Part shown: positions 56,029 to 64,000 of the stretch, one piece after another
How positions within the stretch are numbered: position 1 is the first letter of the stretch
How the letters are laid out: each line of letters opens with the position of its first letter
DNA from: Patescibacteria group bacterium
GTDB lineage: Bacteria; Patescibacteriota; Patescibacteriia; PEXW01
Assembly: GCA_041665345.1 (NCBI GenBank)
Contig: JBAYJA010000001.1
Span: forward strand, 73,206-137,205
Direction of reading: 5' to 3'
DNA length: 64,000 bases
Made by a program: the position numbers and the translations under genes
Notes under the pieces: model-generated
What the model was told of the DNA's origin: nothing
The model's database searches: none
The model's input: only the letters and a program-made list of their open reading frames with translations

Positions 56029-56517
56029 ATGAAACCAACAATCGATGAAGTAAAAAAATTTTTCTTTGAAGCAAAGCTCCACGGTTGGGCAGCGGATGTT
56101 CCGTCGAGTTCTGTTCCGGGAAAGCCTGGGTACAAGCGAATAACATTCAAACGGGGCAGGTTCCTGTTGGTGGACGAGTGGTGTACGACTGGCCACAGCA
56201 GGATGAGCGCAGGAACGTCAACAATTTTCTGCGATAAGGAACCTGTATGGTTCATGTCGTATACCGGCTTCTACGAAAAAGTCGCCATACCCTTCCTCAA
56301 GCTCGCCCTCCTGCGGTCGTATCAGGCCAGAGAATTCAACGGAGGTCGTGGACCCAACGACTTCGAACAAAAGGGCATGGTCTATAGCAACGAGGTAGAT
56401 CTGGATGATTTCGAAAACTTCCAAGGTTGCGAGTCAGTCACCCGAAAAGGCCGCGGCCAAAAATTGCTAGGAGAGCATCATTACTACGGGGTAAGTTTAC
56501 TCCGTGAATCTGATTAA
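56029..56517 (+). CDS. DUF5680-like protein (inserted unit)
   Basis: FF.EAK..G.A, PVW.M.Y.G, FLK.AL, RGP, F.G.E; promoter 55961..55989, SD, terminator. Confidence 0.7.
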   Translation: MKPTIDEVKKFFFEAKLHGWAADVPSSSVPGKPGYKRITFKRGRFLLVDEWCTTGHSRMSAGTSTIFCDKEPVWFMSYTGFYEKVAIPFLKLALLRSYQAREFNGGRGPNDFEQKGMVYSNEVDLDDFENFQGCESVTRKGRGQKLLGEHHYYGVSLLRESD

Positions 56518-56573
56518 GAGTTTCCTATAGCTGCCGGATAACCTGGCAGCTATTTTTTCGCTATACTTGATGT

Positions 56574-57140
56574 ATGACCAACTGCACCTGGCCAGGCGAA
56601 GATTCACTGATGATTGCGTACCACAACAAAGAGTGGGGTGTGCCGTTGTGGAATGAGCGGAAGCTGTTTGAGTTCATGGTATTGGATGCCTTCCAGGCTG
56701 GTTTGAGTTGGCGGACCGTGCTGCACAAACGGAAGAACTTTGCACGGGCTTTTGATAACTTTGATCCAAAGAAAATCGCGAAGTACGCCCCGGCGAAAAT
56801 CAACAAGCTCTTGAAAGACGTGGGGATTATCCGGAATCGTGCAAAGGTCAACGGTACAGTAAAAAACGCAAAGGCATTTCTGGCACTGGAAAGAGCGCAG
56901 GGGAGTGTGGCGGAGTATTTATGGCAATTTACCGGCGGAAAACCGAAAGTGAATCATTGGAAAACCACCAAACAAATTCCAGCTCGGAGTAAAGAGTCTG
57001 ATGCAATGAGCGAAGCTTTGAAGAAGGCGGGTTTCACTTTTGTTGGTTCAACTATTTGCTACGCGTTCATGCAGGCTGCCGGGATGGTGAATGATCACCT
57101 GGTGGAGTGTCCACGGTGGAGGGAAGTAAAAAAATTGTGA
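56574..57140 (+). CDS. tag: DNA-3-methyladenine glycosylase I
   Basis: CTW, YHNKEWG, FQAGLSW, IIRNRAK, FVGSTICYAFMQAAGMVNDH. Confidence 0.96.
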   Translation: MTNCTWPGEDSLMIAYHNKEWGVPLWNERKLFEFMVLDAFQAGLSWRTVLHKRKNFARAFDNFDPKKIAKYAPAKINKLLKDVGIIRNRAKVNGTVKNAKAFLALERAQGSVAEYLWQFTGGKPKVNHWKTTKQIPARSKESDAMSEALKKAGFTFVGSTICYAFMQAAGMVNDHLVECPRWREVKKL

Positions 57141-57208
57141 TCTTCGCATCTGTCTTGTGCCAATAAGATTGGCCTGCTAAGGTGGTGAAAACGTAGGAGA
57201 AAAAATGT

Positions 57209-57730
57209 ATGTCTGAAAAAATATTATTGAAAGCCACGCTGGTGTTCCCTGTTCGAGACGACCAAGTTTTACTGGCGAAAAAGGTACGGAAAATTGGTGC
57301 CGGCTGCTTGAACGGTTATGGTGGCGGGGTGGAACCGGGTGACGCAACGCTCATTGATGCGGCTTTGCGGGAATTTACTCAAGAAACAGGCGGGCTTATG
57401 GCCAAGGCTGCGGATCTAGTCAAAGTAGCTGTGGTCGATTTTCACAATCGAACCGTTGAGGGAATTCGTTTCACGTGTCGTGTTCACGTCTATCTCCTCT
57501 ACGGCTTGCAAGGTCAGGCAAAGACTACTGAGGAAATGGCTGACCCAGCCTGGTTTTCTAAAAATGCCTTGCCGTTAGGTAAGCTTATGCCCGCCGATCC
57601 TTACTGGTTGCCCCGAATACTAGCCGGGGAATTCCTCTACGTAAAGGCTTGGTATGGGCCGGCGCAAAAGACTTTGGAAAAAGCAGTACAAGTCACTCCC
57701 GTGACGCCCAACGAACTTGACCGTCTGTAG
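57209..57730 (+). CDS. MutT/NUDT1-like 8-oxo-dGTPase
   Basis: VLLAKK.RKIGAG..NGYGGGVE..D......REF.QETG, EEM..P.WF, D.YWLP. Confidence 0.85.
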   Translation: MSEKILLKATLVFPVRDDQVLLAKKVRKIGAGCLNGYGGGVEPGDATLIDAALREFTQETGGLMAKAADLVKVAVVDFHNRTVEGIRFTCRVHVYLLYGLQGQAKTTEEMADPAWFSKNALPLGKLMPADPYWLPRILAGEFLYVKAWYGPAQKTLEKAVQVTPVTPNELDRL

Positions 57731-57862
57731 GCTTCCAAGCTTGCCGACGGTTTTTATCAACCCGACTTTTTACAAACCACGGGCAGGGAGAGTAATCTGC
57801 CGTAGAATGTTTAGGTGAGGGAAAGTACAGAAAAAAACGACCCGTGGGGGTCGTTATCATCT

Positions 57863-58099
57863 TCAGTCAAGTACAAGTTGCTGACTCCCATCGATGGCTC
57901 CTTCTGTCTCCGAGAGTTTTTTGATCTTCACCTGAGCGCGCATGCGAGCTTCGGCTTCGCTCACCGCATTCTCTATGGTGAAGGTAAAGAGTGGCCCCAT
58001 GACCTGCTTGCGGTAGGAGAATGTGTAATCTCCAATCCGTGTGGTATGTACGTTGGGGCGGGGCGTCATTGCTGCGAAAAGAATTTTCAAAATGTTCAT
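57863..58099 (-). CDS. Hypothetical protein (inserted unit)
   Basis: AGAGGAG SD, TTGACA-17-TATAGT promoter, terminator at about 57830..57855. Confidence 0.6.
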   Translation of the reverse strand: MNILKILFAAMTPRPNVHTTRIGDYTFSYRKQVMGPLFTFTIENAVSEAEARMRAQVKIKKLSETEGAIDGSQQLVLD

Positions 58100-58204
58100 C
58101 TTGTCTCCTCTATTTTTTTCTATTTTGATTCAACACTATAGCGTACGGTAGTCCATTTGTCAATAGTTGGTAAGGTGGATACTTGATCATGGTACACTCT
58201 ACGC

Positions 58205-58465
58205 ATGCAGCGTGTATGGTTCAAAGCGAAGGAGTACGGCTACGGTTGGTACCCGGCGACCTGGCAAGGGTGGCTCATTTTACTCAGCTACCTGGCTGTC
58301 GTTCTTGGTGTGACCTTCCTCATTTTCGATTTTCGGTCAGACCAAGCAACCCTTGGTCAGATTCTGTGGTTCGTTGGCATTACTTTTGTGGCGACAATTT
58401 TGCTGATTGTGATTTGTTGGAAGACGGGGGAGAAGGCCGGGTGGAGATGGGGGAAGAAGAGATAG
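58205..58465 (+). CDS. Small membrane protein
   Basis: WFKAKEYGYGWYPATWQGW, two TM helices, WRWG end. Confidence 0.75.
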   Translation: MQRVWFKAKEYGYGWYPATWQGWLILLSYLAVVLGVTFLIFDFRSDQATLGQILWFVGITFVATILLIVICWKTGEKAGWRWGKKR

Positions 58466-58642
58466 AAGTTTTCGTTGTTGGTAAAGGTATGGGTTGAGGG
58501 AATAGATAAAAGACTCTTTCTGTCCTCTACCTCTAACTGCTCACCATACCTCCATCAAAACCCAAACCTTCTATCGCAGTTTTGCATCTTCCCCTAGAAC
58601 AGTAGTAGAATAGAAACATCTTTCCCTTAACCCCGTGCGCCT

Positions 58643-59050
58643 ATGCCAGACGTCACTATCAACTACGTCGCCGTGCTCGTGTCCGGTCTCATTGCCATGG
58701 TTTTGGGCGGTTTGTGGTACTCACCTGTGCTGTTTGGAAAAGTCTGGGCGCGCATTGCAAATATTGATGAAGCCGCGGCCAAGAAAGAGGCGCCCCTGGC
58801 CTACGTGAAAATGTTCATCTTGGCACTCATTTCCGCTTGGGTGCTGGCGCACTTCGTGGACTACACGCAGTCTACCACCTTCATGAATGGTGCCCTCACG
58901 GGTTTCTGGGTGTGGTTGGGCTTTGTGGCTACCGTCACCATGTCCGGGGTTATTTTTGAAAAGCGACCCTCCAAACTGTGGTTTTTGAACAACGGTTACC
59001 AGCTCATCCTCCTGGTCATTACAGGCGGGGTGTTGGCCATTTGGTCCTAA
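58643..59050 (+). CDS. DUF1761 family membrane protein
   Basis: INYVAVLV, LGGLWYSP.LFGK.W, WLGF, NGY. Confidence 0.85.
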   Translation: MPDVTINYVAVLVSGLIAMVLGGLWYSPVLFGKVWARIANIDEAAAKKEAPLAYVKMFILALISAWVLAHFVDYTQSTTFMNGALTGFWVWLGFVATVTMSGVIFEKRPSKLWFLNNGYQLILLVITGGVLAIWS

Positions 59051-59107
59051 GTTTTCATAGGTAAGGAAAAAGCGGCGTCTTCGGACGTCGTTTTTTTGCT
59101 CTTCCCC

Positions 59108-59209
59108 GGGGTCCCCATGAATGTGGCGCGGACCCTGAGTGAGCCCCGCAATCCTGCGGGATAAACTCCACGAATCGAAGGGGAGCACGCGTTCATGGGG
59201 TCAAGCGAG
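59108..59209. repeat. Covarying hairpin element, copy 3, with nested insert
   Basis: GGGGTCCCCATGAATGTGGCGCG...GAGCACGCGTTCATGGGGTCAAGCGAG. Confidence 0.75.
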
Positions 59210-59361
59210 CCTGCCCCGTACCGGACCCCGAGCGGAGTCGAGGGGGACTGGTGCGGGGGCTTCGAACGGCCTCCGGCCCGGAGGGAACCCGTAGTGGAGC
59301 CGCGAATGCGGGTACACGGAGGGTGGAGTTCGAAATGAGCGTCTGCTACACTAACCAAGCT

Positions 59362-60000
59362 ATGGGAATCACCGATGCTATTGTCCATCTTGCGACCGAC
59401 ATTATCCAGCGCGCAGGCTATGCCGGTATTGGTTTTCTGATGGCCTTGGAGAGCATGATTTTTCCCGTGCCCAGCGAGGCGGTTATGCCCTTTGCGGGTT
59501 TTGCCTGGGCAGATGGTACCTTGCGCTGGTTTGGGATTTTTCTGGCCAGTACTATTGGTAGCTTGGTTGGTTCCTGGATTTCCTACGCCATTGGTCGGTA
59601 CGGTGGCCGGCCGTTCATTCGGAAGTTCGGGAAGTACTTTTTGCTCAACGAGCAACACCTGGACCAGACCGAAGCTTTTTTCCAACGCTGGGGCGAAAAG
59701 GCAATTTTCGTTTGCCGGTTCATTCCAGTGGTGCGGCACTTCATTTCCATCCCGGCGGGTGCGGGCAAAATGCACTTGGGGAAGTTTACCCTGTACACGC
59801 TCTTTGGCGCAGCAATCTGGAACATGTTCCTCACCTACCTGGGCTTCCGGTTGGGGAGTGACTGGGAGAAGATTCAGAAGTACAGCCACGTCCTTGATAT
59901 TGTGGTGATCGCGGTGATCATTTTGGGGATTGTGTACTTGGTGTACCGGAAAATGCGGAAAGGACGGAATGTCACTTCTCTCACGAAGAGCGATGGCTAA
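59362..60000 (+). CDS. DedA family protein
   Basis: LES..FPVPSE..MPFAG, YGGR, RFIPVVRHFISIPAG. Confidence 0.92.
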   Translation: MGITDAIVHLATDIIQRAGYAGIGFLMALESMIFPVPSEAVMPFAGFAWADGTLRWFGIFLASTIGSLVGSWISYAIGRYGGRPFIRKFGKYFLLNEQHLDQTEAFFQRWGEKAIFVCRFIPVVRHFISIPAGAGKMHLGKFTLYTLFGAAIWNMFLTYLGFRLGSDWEKIQKYSHVLDIVVIAVIILGIVYLVYRKMRKGRNVTSLTKSDG

Positions 60001-61777
60001 AGCACGGCACAACTTGGTAAGATTTTTTACAGGGTGTTTGTGCCTATGTAGCTGCTTTGGTTTGAACGGCGCTGTGGATGCATTGGCAGCTGCCGAAGAT
60101 ATTTTGGGAGTGAATGTGCATGCGGTCCAGCGGTACGCCCCAGGTGAATATTCCACCTTGGGTGATCATTTACAAGCTGATGCAATGCATTGGGCACGAG
60201 AAGAATTCTACTGGGATCGGATTGAACCCGCTGCCGGGAATTTCCAATGGGCTGGGTATGATGAGGTGGTTGCACTGTACCAGGCCAAAGGAGTCTCAGT
60301 TTTGGGATTACTGGCGTACAGCAGTCAATGGGCATCCAGTTGGGCCGGCGCGCAAACCGCAGATGATCATGTTTTTAGTTCGCCAGACCTCACCGCCTGG
60401 GCGACGTACGTTCGTACTGTCGTGAGCAGGTATAAAGGAACGGTGCATGCCTGGGAAATTTGGAACGAACCAGATGCCGCACATTTTCTCCGACCTTCAC
60501 CTGGGGCAGCGGCCTACTTGCCAGTGCTCAAAGCCGCGTATGCTGCGATTAAAGAAGTTGACCCCACGGCAACCGTTGTGACTGGGGGTACTGCTGGAGT
60601 CAATTACAGCTTTGCCAAAATGCTCTACACCCAGGGCGGGAAAGGATACTTTGACGCGATTGGTGTGCATGCCTACAGAACTTTAGGGAGTGACTTCCGA
60701 AGCGCGCCAGAAGTGAGCCAGTTTGGATTGCACTGTCTTGACGTGGATTTGGCCGCGCTAAACGCAGTGCTTGCGAAGTACGATGCAGGTCGCCCGGTGT
60801 GGATTACCGAATTTGGGTGGCCAACGCATGCGGCTGGGGTAACGCCAGCTCAGCAAGCTGCCTACCTCCAACGCGCTGTACTCATTGCGCGGAGCCAGGG
60901 TGTCGCCAAGTTTTTCTGGTATGACTATCGGGATGATGCGTCGGGGAGCGAGCAGGAGAAAAGCTTTGGTTTGTACCAGCGGGATTGGACACCAAAGCCA
61001 GCTCTGACGGCGTACCAAGAAATCCAACGACTCCTTGGCAACGCGACGTTTTCGTACTGGGAGCCAGTGCTGAGTGAGCGCGTGGAAGATTTTCGTAACG
61101 CCAAAGGATGGTACGTTGATGCTTGGCTGCAGGGTACGCTCCGTTCACATGTGCCGGCGCGGGTTATTAAAAATCCTGCATACCCGGGCGGGTCGCGAAC
61201 AGTCCTGCGTTACGATTTCCGCAACGCCAAGGGTTCAACTTTTGCAAACCTGGTTGGCTCCTTCCCAAAAACGTACACCGATATGTTTGAATTGTGGTAC
61301 CTGGGGGATGGGAGTATGCATGACCTGCGGTTCCGGGTGATTGATGCCCAGGGCGAAACTTTTCAGTTTACCGTGGGTCCGGTGGGCAGTGGCTGGCAGC
61401 GAGTGCTGGTAGACATTCGAACTGGCGTGCAGCGCGCTACCTCCTGGGGGAGCAAGAAGGATGGAAAAATTCAACAGCCCGTTAGCATTGGAAGCATCCT
61501 GTTGGAAAATCGTTCGGGAGCAGTTTCTCAGTACGGTAGTATTGGCATTGGCCCTATTCGTCGTGTGACGCAACCCCTTGGCGTTTTTGCACGTTGGCGG
61601 GGACCAAGTGGAAATGTTTGGACGGTTTGGTCTGATAGCCGAGGCCGGTTAGCAAATGTACGGTCGCCCATTGCCCGGGCAATGACGTTCACGCAATCAG
61701 CAATTGTGCAGTCTTTAGCGCCAACAGCAGGAAAGCTCCAGCTTCCCTTTGGAGATCGGCCGCAATTCCTTCAGTAA
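59993..61777 (+). CDS. Secreted clan GH-A glycoside hydrolase (GH5/GH39-like) with C-terminal carbohydrate-binding-like domain
   Basis: W.RIEP..G, WEIWNEPD, DAIGVHAY, VWITEFGW, FFWY. Confidence 0.85.
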   Translation: MAKARHNLVRFFTGCLCLCSCFGLNGAVDALAAAEDILGVNVHAVQRYAPGEYSTLGDHLQADAMHWAREEFYWDRIEPAAGNFQWAGYDEVVALYQAKGVSVLGLLAYSSQWASSWAGAQTADDHVFSSPDLTAWATYVRTVVSRYKGTVHAWEIWNEPDAAHFLRPSPGAAAYLPVLKAAYAAIKEVDPTATVVTGGTAGVNYSFAKMLYTQGGKGYFDAIGVHAYRTLGSDFRSAPEVSQFGLHCLDVDLAALNAVLAKYDAGRPVWITEFGWPTHAAGVTPAQQAAYLQRAVLIARSQGVAKFFWYDYRDDASGSEQEKSFGLYQRDWTPKPALTAYQEIQRLLGNATFSYWEPVLSERVEDFRNAKGWYVDAWLQGTLRSHVPARVIKNPAYPGGSRTVLRYDFRNAKGSTFANLVGSFPKTYTDMFELWYLGDGSMHDLRFRVIDAQGETFQFTVGPVGSGWQRVLVDIRTGVQRATSWGSKKDGKIQQPVSIGSILLENRSGAVSQYGSIGIGPIRRVTQPLGVFARWRGPSGNVWTVWSDSRGRLANVRSPIARAMTFTQSAIVQSLAPTAGKLQLPFGDRPQFLQ

Positions 61778-61857
61778 TCTAACCAGTTGACCGCTGCCCA
61801 AGTTTCCGTCAAGCTAGGAGCATTCCTGTACACCACACAGAAGACCCTATTCAACCC

Positions 61858-63636
61858 ATGATATCCGTGTCCCCAATTGAAGAAATCAAAGCCCGCCTGG
61901 ATATTGCCGAGGTTGTGGGTGAGTACGTCCCCCTGAAGCAAGCTGGGCCGGAGCGTTTGCGCGCGCGGTGCCCGTTCCACAGTGAACGGACGCCGAGTTT
62001 TATGGTCTCCCGGGACCGGCAGATTTACCACTGCTTTGGTTGCGGCGAAGGCGGGGACGTCATTAGCTTTGTGCAGAAAATGGAAGGTCTGGAATTTCCG
62101 GACGCACTCCGGCTCCTGGCGAAGAAGGCGAATGTGGAACTCCCCAGTTACGATCCAAAACTACAGAGCGAACGCGCTTCGATTCTTGAAGCCCTGCGTC
62201 TGGCTGGCTCCTTCTTCCACGAGTACTTGCTACACGCCAAGGCGGCAGAGCCTGCACGAACGTACCTGGTGGAAACCCGTGCGCTGACCGCAGATACCCT
62301 GGAGCAGTTTCAACTTGGGTACGCGCCAGATGCGTGGGATGGGTTGCTCAACGCGCTTCGGAAACGGAAGATCAGCGACGCGCATTTGGTGGCGGCTGGC
62401 TTGGCCGTGCGCCGGGAAAAGGGGAGTGGGATGTACGACCGGTTCCGCAACCGGATTATGTTTCCTATTCGTGATGCGCATGGCACGATTATTGGTTTTG
62501 GTGGGCGGGCAATGGATGCGAACGAACCAGCGAAGTACATCAACACGCCGCAGACCATGGTGTACAACAAGAGTGCCGTACTCTACGGTTTGGACCAAGC
62601 CAAAGCTGCCATTCGGCAGGAAAAAGTTGCGGTCGTTGTGGAAGGGTACATGGACTGCATTGCCTCGCACCAAGCTGGGGTGAAGCACGTCGTGGCTTCT
62701 TCTGGTACGGCGCTCACGGACGGGCAGGTGCACTTGCTCAAGCGTTTTGCTCCGGCAGTCGCGCTGAGCTTTGACATGGACCCGGCTGGCGAGACGGCGG
62801 CCAAGCGCGGGGTGGCGGTAGCCTGGCGGGAAGGTTTGGATGTCCAAGTGGTGTCTCTGCCCTTTGGGAAAGACCCGGATGAGTGCATTCGCAAAGACCC
62901 CAAAGCTTGGGCTGAAGCCATTGCCCAACGGCAGCCGATTCTGGATTTCTACTTCAGCCGAACCCTGAACCAGCGTGATCCAGAGAAGGTGGAGGACAAG
63001 AAAGCCGCGGCAAAAATTCTCCTTCCCGTGCTCACCATGGTTGCCGATCCAATTGAGCAAACCCACTACCTGCAGAAGTTGGGTCAGTGGCTCCAAGTTG
63101 ATGAGCAGATTCTCCGACGCAAACTTGCGTCCAGCACACCGGGTCAGCATTCGGCACCTGCCACTGCCACGCCAGCCCCAGTGATGGACCGAACCGAGCG
63201 CATTTGTCAGCAAATTCTTGGCCTACTACAGCTGGAACCAGATGCGATTCCCAGCATTGCCAAAGACCTCCCAGCTGAAGCCTTCCCACCTGGGGTTTGG
63301 CGAGACCTTTACAAATTTTTCCTGAATCAGTATAGTTCAGAGCACAATCCGTCGCCTGCAACCTGGGCTCAGGCTGCGGGTGAGCGTGATGCGAGTCTGG
63401 CTGACGCCCTGGCCGTGGCAAACCTTGCGGTCACGTCCTTTACCCGTGCCTCGTCCGTGGAACGGCACCGGGAAATTGAGGCCGCCGTGCGTGCGTTGCT
63501 CCGCGTCTGGGTGGATCAGGAAATGGCAAAAATCACCCCTGCGCTCCACGCCGCTGAAGCCCGGCATGATACCGCGGTCATGCAAGAGCTCACCACCCAG
63601 TTTACCGCCCTCACCCAGCAACTTCGTCGTCTCTAG
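61858..63636 (+). CDS. dnaG: DNA primase
   Basis: CPFHSERTPSF, CFGC, DRFRNRIMFPI, KYINTP, VEGYMD, KDPD. Confidence 0.98.
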   Translation: MISVSPIEEIKARLDIAEVVGEYVPLKQAGPERLRARCPFHSERTPSFMVSRDRQIYHCFGCGEGGDVISFVQKMEGLEFPDALRLLAKKANVELPSYDPKLQSERASILEALRLAGSFFHEYLLHAKAAEPARTYLVETRALTADTLEQFQLGYAPDAWDGLLNALRKRKISDAHLVAAGLAVRREKGSGMYDRFRNRIMFPIRDAHGTIIGFGGRAMDANEPAKYINTPQTMVYNKSAVLYGLDQAKAAIRQEKVAVVVEGYMDCIASHQAGVKHVVASSGTALTDGQVHLLKRFAPAVALSFDMDPAGETAAKRGVAVAWREGLDVQVVSLPFGKDPDECIRKDPKAWAEAIAQRQPILDFYFSRTLNQRDPEKVEDKKAAAKILLPVLTMVADPIEQTHYLQKLGQWLQVDEQILRRKLASSTPGQHSAPATATPAPVMDRTERICQQILGLLQLEPDAIPSIAKDLPAEAFPPGVWRDLYKFFLNQYSSEHNPSPATWAQAAGERDASLADALAVANLAVTSFTRASSVERHREIEAAVRALLRVWVDQEMAKITPALHAAEARHDTAVMQELTTQFTALTQQLRRL

Positions 63637-63672
63637 CCACGCCAAGTCTCTTGGTGTGTAGATCTCCTCTTT

Positions 63673-64000
63673 ATGCCCAAAAAGCATCCAGTGAAAAAAC
63701 GCCAGGCGGTCGCCAAGCACAAGCGGGTGGTGAAGCATGCAGGAAAGAAGAAGCCAGTGCGGAAGGTTGCTCCCAAAACCCACGTCCGTGCGGTTGCTGT
63801 GCCTAAGCGTCTTTTCCCTGCTGACCAAGCCGACGGTCTTTTGAAGAGGGCAAAGCAGCGCGGTTTCCTTACCGAAGGGGAAATTCTCTACACGTTCCCC
63901 GACATTGAAGAGTACCTGCCAGACGTCGAAGAGTTCATTGCTACGCTGGAGAGCCTGGGGCTGCGCACGGTGGAGAATACGAACATTCTGGGAGATCTGG
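63673..64000 (+). CDS. rpoD: RNA polymerase sigma-70 factor, 5' part only
   Basis: Follows dnaG; basic N-terminus then region 1.1-like LLKRAKQRGFLTEGEIL; open to window end. Confidence 0.85.
   Translation, partial: MPKKHPVKKRQAVAKHKRVVKHAGKKKPVRKVAPKTHVRAVAVPKRLFPADQADGLLKRAKQRGFLTEGEILYTFPDIEEYLPDVEEFIATLESLGLRTVENTNILGDL

Overview
A 64 kb chromosomal stretch that looks like a small-genome Patescibacteria/CPR organism (Parcubacteria/ABY1-like; inferred from gene content, the extended bS6 tail and Asn-rich pilin-like surface proteins). It uses the standard code (TGA stops). Housekeeping genes include efp, rpsF-ssb-rpsR, ychF, folC/folD, glyA, trpS, rnj, secG, uvrA/uvrC, groES/groEL with CIRCE, ppsA, guaA, recQ, tag, dnaG, the start of rpoD, tRNA-Leu(CAG) and tRNA-Ser(GGA). 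Between them sit about 15 self-contained single-gene units. Two expression grammars are visible. Many core genes have a TA(C/T)ACT -10 box about 6 nt before ATG and no Shine-Dalgarno (leaderless). The inserted units carry TTGAC(A/G)-16/18-TAAG(G/C)T-type promoters, strong GGAG(G) sites and terminator hairpins, and those hairpins are shared between unrelated cargo genes, which suggests a cassette-exchange system. Two dispersed paralogues (542-1204, 17890-18552) have C-termini with a diversity-generating-retroelement (DGR) variable-repeat signature and a covarying 5' leader hairpin. No reverse transcriptase or template repeat was seen. Intergenic DNA is dense with repeat families: fixed-spacing TTCGTA arrays, tRNA trailers, a covarying hairpin, REP-like palindromes, and one apparent in-frame insertion in uvrC. 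No CRISPR, integrase, transposase or rRNA was found. All calls are by eye, without database searches.
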